33,886 bases of DNA from a virus. Taxonomy: Duplodnaviria; Caudoviricetes. Shown here piece by piece: positions 9,175 through 18,457 of this stretch. The stretch is from IMG/VR virus record IMGVR_UViG_3300043652_000019, positions 1 through 33,886 of that record; one strand, given 5' to 3'. The position numbers and the translations under genes are program-made. The notes beneath the pieces are model-generated. The model saw only the letters and a program-made list of their open reading frames with translations. It did no database searches and had not been told where the DNA came from. How positions within the stretch are numbered: position 1 is the first letter of the stretch; each line of letters begins with the position of its first letter.

Positions 9175-9627
9175 TCAGAACGGGGGAATGCCGTACAGCC
9201 AGTAGTCGACCGAGCGCTCGACGCCGGTCGTGATCGTCGTGTTGGAAAGAATCAGCTCCATGCCGTCGGGGGAATTCACCGCGCAGTCCACGCGGGGCAG
9301 CGTCGAGCTCACAGCGAGCGTGTCGTCCTTGCAGATCAGGCGCGCCCAGCCGGCCACGCCGTCGGCCACGCCCTTGAGCACGAACGGCGTGGCCACCGCC
9401 GGCACCACGAAACCGCCGTTGGTCGCCTCGAACTGCAGCCCGTTCGTCGCGCTGCCGAGCGTCCAGGCCAGTCCGTTCTTGCTCACCACCGCGAGCAGCG
9501 TCCCGGTCGGCGCGGCCTGCGCGCTGGCCGGCTGCGTGCCGCTGTAGATGTAGATCGCGCCGCCGTTGAACTGCGTGGGGAAGGACGCGAGGAAAGCGGC
9601 CTTGAGGCCGGTGGAGATCAGCAGCAT
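9175..9627 (-). CDS. Virion structural protein, paralogue of 8715..9158, 150 aa
   Basis: ISTGLKAAFL...IYIYSGTQPASAQAAPTGTLL; TGATG overlap with the upstream gene. Confidence 0.7.
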   Translation of the reverse strand: MLLISTGLKAAFLASFPTQFNGGAIYIYSGTQPASAQAAPTGTLLAVVSKNGLAWTLGSATNGLQFEATNGGFVVPAVATPFVLKGVADGVAGWARLICKDDTLAVSSTLPRVDCAVNSPDGMELILSNTTITTGVERSVDYWLYGIPPF

Positions 9628-12065
9628 CAGATGACTCCGGCGAAGTTGAGCCAGCCGCCGGAGACTCCGGTCAGCGTGTCGGCGGCGAAGCTGGAAGCGC
9701 TCGCGCGGGCGTAGGTGCGGTAGTCGTCGATCGGCTCGAGCGGCGGCTGGCCGGCGCCGATGGTCCCGGTCAGGTCGCCGGGACGCGCGCCGTACCAGAG
9801 GCCCCAGACGTGGTCGAGGCCTCGGCGCGCGGCGCCGAGCATGAAGCGCGGGTGCGGATAGTCCGAAGGCGACCAGCGATCGCGGTCGAAGAAGCCGAGC
9901 GTGCCGATCGAGCCGAACAGGCTGAAGCCGAGCACCATGTCGTCGGGCACGCTGCCGCTCGCGGTCGCCTGCTCAACGCCATCCACCACCAGACGGATCG
10001 CGACCGCCGCGACCATGTAGAAGTCGTCGCCGCCGATGGACACATCGGTCAGCGTCTGCTGCACCGCGGTGTAGGTGTTCGTGCGCGCGTCGAAGTGCCA
10101 GAGCGTGGTCTGGTCGGTGCTGAACAGCACGTTGGTGCCGATCTCGGCGCCCTCGGTGTCGTACACAACCAAGGCCGGATCTGGACTGTCGACACCCGTC
10201 ACGCGCGCGACGCGCTCGGTGTCGCCGTCGTAGTCCCATGCGTAGATCGCGTCGACGCTGCTGCCGATGTTCGACTGCTCGGCGAGCTCCCACACCAGCG
10301 CGATGCTTGAGGCGGGGGTCGCGTCAACCGCGATCTTGAACGCCTGCGCCGGCATGTGGACCGCCGGCCCGCTGTCGAAGAACGAGTCGATGAACACGCT
10401 GGCGCGCAGGCACACTGCCTCGGTGCCGCTGCCGTTGAAGAACCACGGCTGCCAGTACGTTTTCGGCGAGCACGCCTCGGTGCGCGGGTCGCTGTAGCCC
10501 GTCCACGCGCCGCTGCCCAGGTACACGCCGGGGCCGTGGAATCCGGACTGCGCGTACTCGGTGCCCCACAACCGGTGGCGCGCGAGCATGTGCCACCCGC
10601 TCGGGTTCGCGTCGACGTCGTACCCGTCCTCGACCATGCGATCGGGGCTGCAGGCCAAACCGTTGCGCGTCGGCAGGTCGGCGTACCAGACACGCACGTC
10701 GCTGGTCGTGTCGTAGTTGAAGACGTCGTCCGGGTCGTGCACGCCGGTGCTGTTGAACTGGTCGGCGCGGTGCCAGCCCAGCACGATCAGGCGGTAGATC
10801 GCTGGCGTGTCGTCCGTCGCGTCGATCCGCTGCACCGCCGCGCCGAGCACGTACCCGTCGTCTGGCAGCTGCGCCAGGATGCGACCGCGCGCGTACACGA
10901 AGCGGTCGAACAGGCGGAACTCGCGACCCTGGAAGGTCGTGGTCAGCGTGTCCAGCCGCAGCAGTTCGCCGGCGGTGTCGCTGGCGGTGCGCCGGCCGGC
11001 TGCGAGCTCGCGCGGCGGAATGCTGCGGCCCTGCGGACCGCACCACGAAAGCCGCGGGATCTCGGCATTGATAGAAACCCAGTCCAGGTTGCCGCAGCGC
11101 GCCCACTGCTCGGTCTGGTCGATCGCGGCCACCAGCGTGAGCGCGCCGCCGCCGGCCAGCGCAAGGGTTGTACCGTTTGGCAGCGCGCCAGCGTCGCTCA
11201 GGTCAGGCAGCGCGGCGATCAGCGCGTCGGCCACCTGCGCCGGCGTCGTCGCGCCGGTGGTGTCCACGCGCGCAAGCGCGCCGACCGGCAAGCCGGTGCC
11301 GAGTTCGTGTGCCGTGCCGTCCTTGGCGGTGCGCTTCGCGGCCGTGTCGGATCCGGTCGGGTAATTCGCGTCGTCCGTGCCGTACGTCGTGACCAGCTGC
11401 GCATACCACGTGGCCAGGTTCGCTGGGCCGCGCAGCGGCAAGGACAGTGGCGCCTCATCCGGTCGCGACGCATTGATCGCGGTCAGCACGGCGGTCGCAT
11501 CGGTGCCGACGTCGAGGAACGATGGCCGGTATGCGGCCCATGCCGCCGCCTCGTCGGGCAGGTCGATCGGGTCAGTCTGCTCGGGGCCGTCGTAGTACAT
11601 CGGCAGCACGGTCACGCCGAGCGGCGGATAGCCCGCGTCATCGACGCGCGACAGCAGCACCTGCGGCAGCGCACCGCCTTCGGTCCAGGCCGCCGGCAGC
11701 GGCCCTGGGTTCAGCGGGTCCGCGTCCTCGCCTGGCGCGATCGGCGGCAGGCCCCAGCCGAGCGGAATGCCTTCGGTCGCCGGCTCGACCACGAAGCCGC
11801 GCGGCACCCACAGCGTCAGGTCGGTCTCGGTCTCCGGCGACTCCGCACGCGGCAGGATCGCCGTAACGGTCGGCGTCGTGCCGTCCCACTGCGCGATGAT
11901 GCGCGTGCCGTCCGGCAGCACGCGCTCGCTCTTGCCGACCCGCACGCCGCTCAGTTTCAGGCGGTTCATCAGGTCGCCCAGCAGCCGCCGGCCTTCGCGC
12001 TGGATCAGCCCGGCGCTTTCGGGTTGCAGACCGCGAAAGCGCGCGATGCCGATGTGCCGCGGCAT
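9627..12065 (-). CDS. Large tail-associated protein, 812 aa
   Basis: ATG at 12065 in a TAATG overlap (MPRHIGIARF); aromatic and beta-rich C-terminal half. Confidence 0.7.
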   Translation of the reverse strand: MPRHIGIARFRGLQPESAGLIQREGRRLLGDLMNRLKLSGVRVGKSERVLPDGTRIIAQWDGTTPTVTAILPRAESPETETDLTLWVPRGFVVEPATEGIPLGWGLPPIAPGEDADPLNPGPLPAAWTEGGALPQVLLSRVDDAGYPPLGVTVLPMYYDGPEQTDPIDLPDEAAAWAAYRPSFLDVGTDATAVLTAINASRPDEAPLSLPLRGPANLATWYAQLVTTYGTDDANYPTGSDTAAKRTAKDGTAHELGTGLPVGALARVDTTGATTPAQVADALIAALPDLSDAGALPNGTTLALAGGGALTLVAAIDQTEQWARCGNLDWVSINAEIPRLSWCGPQGRSIPPRELAAGRRTASDTAGELLRLDTLTTTFQGREFRLFDRFVYARGRILAQLPDDGYVLGAAVQRIDATDDTPAIYRLIVLGWHRADQFNSTGVHDPDDVFNYDTTSDVRVWYADLPTRNGLACSPDRMVEDGYDVDANPSGWHMLARHRLWGTEYAQSGFHGPGVYLGSGAWTGYSDPRTEACSPKTYWQPWFFNGSGTEAVCLRASVFIDSFFDSGPAVHMPAQAFKIAVDATPASSIALVWELAEQSNIGSSVDAIYAWDYDGDTERVARVTGVDSPDPALVVYDTEGAEIGTNVLFSTDQTTLWHFDARTNTYTAVQQTLTDVSIGGDDFYMVAAVAIRLVVDGVEQATASGSVPDDMVLGFSLFGSIGTLGFFDRDRWSPSDYPHPRFMLGAARRGLDHVWGLWYGARPGDLTGTIGAGQPPLEPIDDYRTYARASASSFAADTLTGVSGGWLNFAGVI

Positions 12066-12649
12066 TACGTCCCGTCGGCGGCGGTGATCGCGTACTCGAT
12101 GTCGAGCTTGTCGGTCGCCTGCAGTACGCGGCTCGCGGCGAACTGTGCGCAGCACACCAGCAGGCCCGTGATCGCGCTTTTCGCGCTCGCGGTGGTCATG
12201 GCCGCACCCCAGACCGTGCCGCCGCCGGTGTCGGCCGTGAAGCGCGCAGGCGTGGTGGCATTGGCGATGTTCTGCGTCGCCTCGGCGTCCTTGGCCCACA
12301 CCGGCCGGGTCGCTTCGGTGTAGTTGATGAACTCCGTCTGCGTGGCCGGGAACGTGGCCGCGTCCAGCGTGTTGACCGGTGCCACGTTGCCGCTGAACGG
12401 CGCGATGTAGAACGCCGTGCGCTGCGCGCTCTGCGCGAAGTACACCTTAAGGATGTCGTCGAGCCCGGTCAGCACCAGGATGTTCGAGTCGATCTGCTCG
12501 TCCGCGCCGTTCACCCAGGTGCGGAACGCACCGGCTGCGACGAGTCCGGCGCGCGGAAACAGCAACCGGCCGTCATCGGTGCGCTCGAAATGGTGATTGC
12601 GCAGTGCGCGCGAGAGTTCGGCACGGTGAAGCATCAATTGGTCAAGCAT
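12065..12649 (-). CDS. Virion structural protein (tail-fibre-like family), 194 aa
   Basis: ATG at 12649 after a GAGGTGG RBS; NILVLTGLDDIL...FYIAPFSGN...YTEATRP...TVWGAAM pattern of phage virion proteins. Confidence 0.7.
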   Translation of the reverse strand: MLDQLMLHRAELSRALRNHHFERTDDGRLLFPRAGLVAAGAFRTWVNGADEQIDSNILVLTGLDDILKVYFAQSAQRTAFYIAPFSGNVAPVNTLDAATFPATQTEFINYTEATRPVWAKDAEATQNIANATTPARFTADTGGGTVWGAAMTTASAKSAITGLLVCCAQFAASRVLQATDKLDIEYAITAADGT

Positions 12650-12651
12650 GG

Positions 12652-12858
12652 CTACCACCTCGGGGGGTTATCGGGACAGGTCGCCCGCTGGAAACTGGTC
12701 TTGCCGGAAATCGGGCAGCCGCAAAGGCCGCAACGCGCGGGCGTGGCCTTTTGCAGGTGCGGACAGGTGCTGCACGCCGCGGCGCGCGCGGCGCGCACAG
12801 CTTTCGGCGCGATCGCGACCGCCTGCCGCAGGCGCTGCGGCAGGAACGAGAAGGCCAC
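12652..12858 (-). CDS. Small Cys-rich protein (DUF6171-like, probable metal binding), 68 aa
   Basis: CxxCP...CxxCGC...K...CP...W pattern; exactly fills the gap between neighbours. Confidence 0.65.
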   Translation of the reverse strand: MAFSFLPQRLRQAVAIAPKAVRAARAAACSTCPHLQKATPARCGLCGCPISGKTSFQRATCPDNPPRW

Positions 12859-12861
12859 GGG

Positions 12862-14205
12862 CTATGCCTCGTCGTGACGGTAGACGCGCGAGCTGATGCG
12901 ATCGCCGATGGCGAGGCCCTGCGCGCTGGCATTGCGAAGCGTCGTGACGATAGAGCGCAAGCCGTTCTGCTCGCGGAAGATGCTCGCGCCGGAGATCGCG
13001 CCCGGCGCGACGGCCTGGTCCTGGTCGCCCGGTTTCAGCGGCAGTACCGTGCCGCCGGGCAGGCCCAGGCACGCGACGCCGTTGCGGGCCAGCCAGTACG
13101 CCACCGGCTCGGTCGTCTCGAGGCCGAACACGTTGGCCGGCACCACGATGCTGGTGCCCGGCACCGCGCCGTACGGGTAGCGGATCTTCGGCGACTGCAG
13201 CGCGGGGTCGGCGCCGGCGATCCAGTACGTGCGCTTGTGGTCGCTCACGTACATGCCGGGCGAGTCACCGCCCTCGCCCACCGGCTCCATCATGTCGATG
13301 CGCGCGCCGATGCGGCGCACGTTCCGGCTCGGCTGCGTCAGCCCGTAGCGCAGCGACTCGCTCCACCGCTGCGTGTTGCCGGTGGCCACGTACAGGCGGC
13401 CGCCGAGGTAGCGCACGATCTGCCCGGCCGGCATCGGCACGAGAAACTGCGTCGCGAGCGGCCGGCCGCGGTTGCCGACGCCGATCTGCGCGCTGGTCTG
13501 CCCGACCGGCAGGTCGCGTGCCTGGTACAGCACGTCGCCGTTCGTCTGCGACACGTACACGCGCACGCGCATCACGCTCGCGTCCAGCGGCTGCGGGATG
13601 TTGGCCAGCGCGATGCCGCCCTGGTCGCGCGCCGCGGGGTTGCCCGGGATCACGACGACCGTGGCGAGGCCCGTGCCGCTTTCCTCGCCGACCGCGTCGA
13701 GGTAGGTGATCGCGACCTGGTACGTGCCGGCGTCGAGCCCGCCATCGCTCGATGCCGCGCACTCTGGCTGGCCGGCAGGCGACTCGACGCCCCACGGCGC
13801 CGACGTACCATCGGGCAGCACGCACCAAGTCTGTTGTCCGTTCGTGCAGTAGACGCGGTCGTGCGGTATCGCGTAGCTGATTTCGCGCGGCGCGAGGCCC
13901 GTGCGCACATCGAACGGCGCGCCGCCCGTGTTCGCGGCCTTCAGCGTGGCGCCGTCGGCAAACAGGAAGTACGGGAAGTGCCCGCCAGCCCACAGGCTGT
14001 GCACGCGCGTCCCTTCGATCACGCGGCCGTAGCCGGAGCGCCGGCGTGGCCAGCCCACGCGCGAAAGGTCCACGTTGACACCTTCGCGGAACGCGACGAC
14101 GCGCTTGCCGTCGGCGCTTCGGGTGAGGCTGGTCTCCGCGTTGAGGTTGTCGACGCCCGCGGGGAACGGCCCGACCGGGATCAGTTCCTTGTCGCCGACA
14201 GCCAT
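12862..14205 (-). CDS. Putative tail nozzle/stabilisation-type protein, 447 aa
   Basis: GPFPAGVDN...REGVNVDL...RRRSG N-terminal pattern of short-tail nozzle-like proteins; beta-repeat composition. Confidence 0.6.
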   Translation of the reverse strand: MAVGDKELIPVGPFPAGVDNLNAETSLTRSADGKRVVAFREGVNVDLSRVGWPRRRSGYGRVIEGTRVHSLWAGGHFPYFLFADGATLKAANTGGAPFDVRTGLAPREISYAIPHDRVYCTNGQQTWCVLPDGTSAPWGVESPAGQPECAASSDGGLDAGTYQVAITYLDAVGEESGTGLATVVVIPGNPAARDQGGIALANIPQPLDASVMRVRVYVSQTNGDVLYQARDLPVGQTSAQIGVGNRGRPLATQFLVPMPAGQIVRYLGGRLYVATGNTQRWSESLRYGLTQPSRNVRRIGARIDMMEPVGEGGDSPGMYVSDHKRTYWIAGADPALQSPKIRYPYGAVPGTSIVVPANVFGLETTEPVAYWLARNGVACLGLPGGTVLPLKPGDQDQAVAPGAISGASIFREQNGLRSIVTTLRNASAQGLAIGDRISSRVYRHDEA

Positions 14206-14209
14206 GCGG

Positions 14210-14446
14210 TTACTCGGTAGGGATCAGGGGTGAATCATCGGGGTGGCCGGACGTTGGCTCGCCGGTCTCTGCAGCCGCCTCGAGCAGGTGTATCTCGCGG
14301 AACAGTCCTTGTTCGTGCGCACGGCGGTAGTGCCATTGCGAGCCCGGTTGGTCACCACGCAAGCGCGCCGCCGCCGCGTCGAGGTGTTCGGCCTGCGCGT
14401 GCAGGAAGCACGCGCGGGCGCGAAGCGTGTGGTAGCTGACGGCCAT
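14210..14446 (-). CDS. Hypothetical protein, 78 aa
   Basis: ATG directly follows the upstream TAG and fills the gap. Confidence 0.5.
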   Translation of the reverse strand: MAVSYHTLRARACFLHAQAEHLDAAAARLRGDQPGSQWHYRRAHEQGLFREIHLLEAAAETGEPTSGHPDDSPLIPTE

Positions 14447-14713
14447 CTACAGCCCTACCGCTATCTCGATCGGGAAATGCTGCTCGAATGCCAGCGTGTG
14501 TCCGCTGGGTGGCACGGTTTGCGGCGCGCCTGACGTGATCCACGTCTCCCACGCACTGCCAGCTGCGTACCAGCCCTCGTTTTTGTAGATGTACAAAATG
14601 GCGACGCCGCCTGAAACGAAGCTGTCGAGCGATCCCGAGCGAGCGCCTTGCTTCGGCGACGATACGAACGCATCGATCAGCTGCGAAATCAGCGAGCCGG
14701 CGCGTTGCGTCAT
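14447..14713 (-). CDS. Hypothetical protein, 88 aa
   Basis: ATGA overlap at 14710-14713 (MTQRAGSLISQ). Confidence 0.55.
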   Translation of the reverse strand: MTQRAGSLISQLIDAFVSSPKQGARSGSLDSFVSGGVAILYIYKNEGWYAAGSAWETWITSGAPQTVPPSGHTLAFEQHFPIEIAVGL

Positions 14714-15723
14714 GTCAGCGCGGGCGTAGTGGAGCCATCCCACGGCACGATCAGCCCGGCGAACTGCGCGAACTGCTTGCTCGTCGCGTCGTAGGTATCG
14801 CCGTCCGTGACAGCCGCAGACCCGTACCACAGGTCGATCATCGTGCCGTGCCGGCCCCGCGCGCTCGCGGTTGCGGAAACCAGTCCCATCGGCCACATCG
14901 GCCACGCGCCGTCCACGTCGTTCGCGAGGTTTCCGAACGTCGTGTCGATCGGTCCGAACAGCGTGCCCAGCCCCTCGGCCGTCAATCCGGCAGTCGCCGG
15001 TGTCGAGTTGATGTTGATGGCGCCGCCAAGGCTGTAGAAATCCGCCGCGGCGTTCTGCACAGGGAACGATGACGCGGACGATTTATTGACGCGGCAATAC
15101 CACGCCGGAGACCACGTGCCGTTGATCGTCGGCGAGACAGTCTCGAACAGCAGCACCCCCCAAACGATGCCCGCCTTGCATAGGAAAAACCGCGTGCACG
15201 CGCCATCGGTGGACTGCAGGGCCTGCACGCGCGTCGCGGCGGTGCCGGGCGTTGTGCCGCCGAACCCGGGGCCGCCGTTTATGCCGCAGGTAAGCATGGT
15301 GACTTCATCGGTCGCGGTCGGCCGGGTTGTCGTGGAGCCGCCCGTGAAGCCCGCGCTTGGCGAGATATAGATGGAGATCACATAGCTAGACGAACTGATA
15401 GACCCGGCCTCTGGACTCGCGCTGATGAGCACCTGGAAGTTCGACGCGATCCCCGTCTGCTTCAGCACGATCCACGAATGCGCGGCGGTTGACGTGCCGA
15501 ACACCACGTTGGCCGCGGTGGTCCAGTGATCCACGCCATCGCCAGCCGTGCCGGCAGTCGAACTGTCGCAGCTGTACGCCACGGTCCACGGGTTTGATGC
15601 GAACCCGGTCATGGAACTTTTGATCGCGAACAACAGCGCAGCACGGTTCAGTAAGATGGTCCCGAGCCCGATCGTCTGGTTGATGTTGAATTGCCAGGTC
15701 TTGGCCAGCACCGGAAGCGTCAT
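14710..15723 (-). CDS. Putative fibre/receptor-binding protein, Thr/Ser/Gly-rich, 337 aa
   Basis: ATGA overlap at 15720-15723 (MTLPVLAKTWQF); beta-rich; visibly more A/T-ending codons than core genes. Confidence 0.65.
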   Translation of the reverse strand: MTLPVLAKTWQFNINQTIGLGTILLNRAALLFAIKSSMTGFASNPWTVAYSCDSSTAGTAGDGVDHWTTAANVVFGTSTAAHSWIVLKQTGIASNFQVLISASPEAGSISSSSYVISIYISPSAGFTGGSTTTRPTATDEVTMLTCGINGGPGFGGTTPGTAATRVQALQSTDGACTRFFLCKAGIVWGVLLFETVSPTINGTWSPAWYCRVNKSSASSFPVQNAAADFYSLGGAININSTPATAGLTAEGLGTLFGPIDTTFGNLANDVDGAWPMWPMGLVSATASARGRHGTMIDLWYGSAAVTDGDTYDATSKQFAQFAGLIVPWDGSTTPALT

Positions 15724-16556
15724 GGAATCACCTCTATCCACGCGCCCGTGCACGTAGCCTCATTGAAACCGTTGGGGGTCACGATCCACAGCCGCGCGAC
15801 GAAAATGCCGGCGGCGGAGGTATCAGTGAAGGCAGTGGATACGTCGGCCGATACCAGATCGGCAGTCGTGCTCGTCGTGGTGCCTGTGGCCGCGATGATC
15901 TGCGGCGATCCGCTCCCCGACTTCTGGAACAGTTCGCCCGCCGCCGCAACGCTGCCGCTGGTCGATTCCAGCAGCATATACAGCGTCGCCGTGCTGCTGC
16001 CCGAGAGGCCGTGCACGGGGTCGGTCGGATCGAAATAGGTGCCGCCGAGCAACAGCTTTGTCCCGCTGCCCTGTTTCGTCGAGGCGTTGCCGGAATAGAG
16101 CGGCAGCGTGAACGGCCCGCTGCCCGTCGGGGCCGCCGGCTTCACCACCAGCACGCGCCAGGCCGCAATGCCGGCGCCACCCGGATCGAAGTACTGCACC
16201 AGCGCGCCGTCGCCGGGCGCGAGCACGGTATCCACCAGCGTCCCGAAAAAGTCAGTCCCGGTGCGGCCGGCGATCGCCGACAGCGTGATCGTGCCGACGC
16301 TGCTCTGCCGGTTGATGATCGAGACGACGCGCCCCTGCACGCCGCCCTGCATCGCGTCGATCGCAATATCCGTCGTCGCGTCGATGCCGAGGATCTGCGT
16401 CGCGTCGTTGAGCGCGTAGTCGGACTCGTCGGCGCTGAGCGATACCGACTCGACGCCGTCGAACACGACAGCGGCGCCGGCGGTCAGCCGGCCCTCCACA
16501 TCGAACGTATCGCGCGCGACGAGCGGCTGGCCGACGTGTTTGGTCGGTGCGGTCAT
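15720..16556 (-). CDS. Putative fibre-associated protein, 278 aa
   Basis: Two apparent beta domains joined by KPAAPTGSG; TGATG overlap with the upstream gene. Confidence 0.65.
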   Translation of the reverse strand: MTAPTKHVGQPLVARDTFDVEGRLTAGAAVVFDGVESVSLSADESDYALNDATQILGIDATTDIAIDAMQGGVQGRVVSIINRQSSVGTITLSAIAGRTGTDFFGTLVDTVLAPGDGALVQYFDPGGAGIAAWRVLVVKPAAPTGSGPFTLPLYSGNASTKQGSGTKLLLGGTYFDPTDPVHGLSGSSTATLYMLLESTSGSVAAAGELFQKSGSGSPQIIAATGTTTSTTADLVSADVSTAFTDTSAAGIFVARLWIVTPNGFNEATCTGAWIEVIP

Positions 16557-17263
16557 CAGCTCGGAATCACGTACGAGGTCAGGATGCGCAGGCTGCCGAC
16601 GGTCGCGCCGCCGGCGCTCAGCGTCGCGATCAGCGATTCGGCGCTCGTCGCCGGCTCGTTCGGGTGGTACACGTAGCTGGACTTCGCGCCGCCGTTGGCG
16701 GCCGTCAGATCCCAGGCCGACGTCGGTCCGTACTTGGCCAGCGTGCCGCTGATGCCGATCGACAGCGTCGGCGTGCCGTCGAACGCGGTGTCGATGATGA
16801 CTTCCTCGGAGAGGATCACCGCGTTGGCCGGCTTGGCAAACATAGCGATCGGCGAACTGTCGCCGAAGGCGACGGTCGTCGTGTCGACTACGATCTTGTC
16901 GGTGCCTGCCGCGACCGTCGTGTACTGCAGCGTGATGACGTCGCCGACGAGGCTGGCAACCGTGATCGCCTGATTCGCCGTCGGATCACCGGCAGGCCAG
17001 ATCACCTGCAGCGCGTGCGTCATGCCCGTGCTGGGGCGGCTGAAGGTCAGCTTCCAGTCGGCGCCGGAGCCGGCCGCGCCGCTATTCAGTTCGAAGTCGT
17101 TGCCGAAGGTCTTGAACAACGTCGCGCGGATCGCCGCGTAGGCCGCGTCCGCGGCGTCGCGCGATGCGAGGTCGCCGGACATCGTCTTGACGTTGACGCC
17201 ACCGATGCCGATCTGCAGCTTCGCCAGCGTTGTGCCGATAAGATCCCAAAACTGGCTGGCCAT
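16556..17263 (-). CDS. Virion protein with C-terminal decoration-like domain, 235 aa
   Basis: ATG at 17263 after GGAGG (MASQFWDL); C-terminal region aligns by eye with 19633..20025. Confidence 0.7.
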   Translation of the reverse strand: MASQFWDLIGTTLAKLQIGIGGVNVKTMSGDLASRDAADAAYAAIRATLFKTFGNDFELNSGAAGSGADWKLTFSRPSTGMTHALQVIWPAGDPTANQAITVASLVGDVITLQYTTVAAGTDKIVVDTTTVAFGDSSPIAMFAKPANAVILSEEVIIDTAFDGTPTLSIGISGTLAKYGPTSAWDLTAANGGAKSSYVYHPNEPATSAESLIATLSAGGATVGSLRILTSYVIPS

Positions 17264-17264
17264 C

Positions 17265-17813
17265 TCAAACCTCCGGAACGAACGACACGTATAGAGTTCC
17301 CGCGCCGCGTGTCGCGCCGTTCGGGGTGATTTCCAGCCACACGCCGTCGCCCTGGGCGATCTCGACGTCGGCGATGACGCCAAAGCTGGCCAGCTGCGTC
17401 GGATCGCTCCGATCCGCCGGCATCAACGCCGCGTGGTCCGCCGTGATACCGACCTGCACCTGCGCCGGCGCGTCGAACGCCTCGGTGAAGTCGAGGCGCA
17501 CGACCGTGACCGTGCCGGCGGCCGGCGCGACCCAGCGGATCGAGCCGGCGTCGCCGAACGCGAAGTCGATGGGCGGGATGGTCCCGCCGGCGGCCCCCGG
17601 CCTGCCCTGCACACCCATGCCGCCGCCGGTCTTGACGAGGGTAGGCCGATCGACAGCCTGCACCGGCGTGTTGATCGCCTGCACGACCGTGCGCGGGCGG
17701 TTCGCGTTGATCTTCGCGACCGTGGAGTTGCTCAGCGTGATGCGCCGCGCGGCGCCTCCGCCGATGCGCACCGAACCGCAGTGGTTGCGGATGTTGACCA
17801 CGGTGTCAGACAT
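17265..17813 (-). CDS. Virion protein with a short collagen-like stretch and C-terminal decoration-like domain, 182 aa
   Basis: GVQGRPGAAGG G-X-Y stretch, then FAFGD...AFD...VGI...GATRGAGTLYVSF. Confidence 0.7.
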   Translation of the reverse strand: MSDTVVNIRNHCGSVRIGGGAARRITLSNSTVAKINANRPRTVVQAINTPVQAVDRPTLVKTGGGMGVQGRPGAAGGTIPPIDFAFGDAGSIRWVAPAAGTVTVVRLDFTEAFDAPAQVQVGITADHAALMPADRSDPTQLASFGVIADVEIAQGDGVWLEITPNGATRGAGTLYVSFVPEV

Positions 17814-18018
17814 GCTGCGCGAGTCCTTCCATGGGGCCGAACGCCAGCGTGTCCTGCGGGTTCTTGACCACGGTGGTGGTCAGCGTGATGCGGATGGTTT
17901 CGCCTTCGCCCAGCGGGCGGCCCTCGAGCTTCGACACCGCATGGTCCAGCGCGTCGCGCGCGCGGAACACCAGCGCTGCGAGATCCGCGGGCCCGATCTT
18001 GAGCGCCTGCTGGCTCAT
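17806..18018 (-). CDS. Hypothetical protein, 70 aa
   Basis: ATGA overlap at 18015-18018 (MSQQALKIG). Confidence 0.55.
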   Translation of the reverse strand: MSQQALKIGPADLAALVFRARDALDHAVSKLEGRPLGEGETIRITLTTTVVKNPQDTLAFGPMEGLAQHV

Positions 18019-18452
18019 ATCGTGCGCGCCCGCGTGAACACCGCCCTGCCCTCGACCACGGGAATCGCATAGCCGGTGTCGGGGTTGACCAGCACCAGCG
18101 CCCCGAAGCACTTGGCCTTCAGGTTGGTCGGGCTGAACGTCCACAGGTCCGCGACGTCGACGCGGTGCGTGTACTCGCCGAGCGTTGGCGGGTCCACGAT
18201 CACGGCGCCCTCGAACACCGGCCACGTCGGTGGGGTCACGTAGTGCCCTGCCGTCGTGATCTCAGCGATGGGCGCGACCGTCGCGATGCCCGTGTCCACG
18301 TCACGCACAGGCATGGCCGCGTAGAACTGCCAGCGCGCGTCGTAGCCGGTCAGGTCGAGCGGGTTCCCGTCCTCGTCCTCGAGGATGATGTCCTCTTCCC
18401 ACGTCACGCCCAGCGGTACGACCGGGCTGTAGCTGCCGAAGGTGCGTGCCAT
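18015..18452 (-). CDS. Fibre-attachment/BppU-N-like adaptor protein, 145 aa
   Basis: GVTWEEDIILEDEDGNPLDLTGYDARWQF...VVEGR pattern typical of small fibre-anchoring Ig-like proteins; ATG at 18452. Confidence 0.6.
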   Translation of the reverse strand: MARTFGSYSPVVPLGVTWEEDIILEDEDGNPLDLTGYDARWQFYAAMPVRDVDTGIATVAPIAEITTAGHYVTPPTWPVFEGAVIVDPPTLGEYTHRVDVADLWTFSPTNLKAKCFGALVLVNPDTGYAIPVVEGRAVFTRARTI

Positions 18453-18457
18453 GTGCG

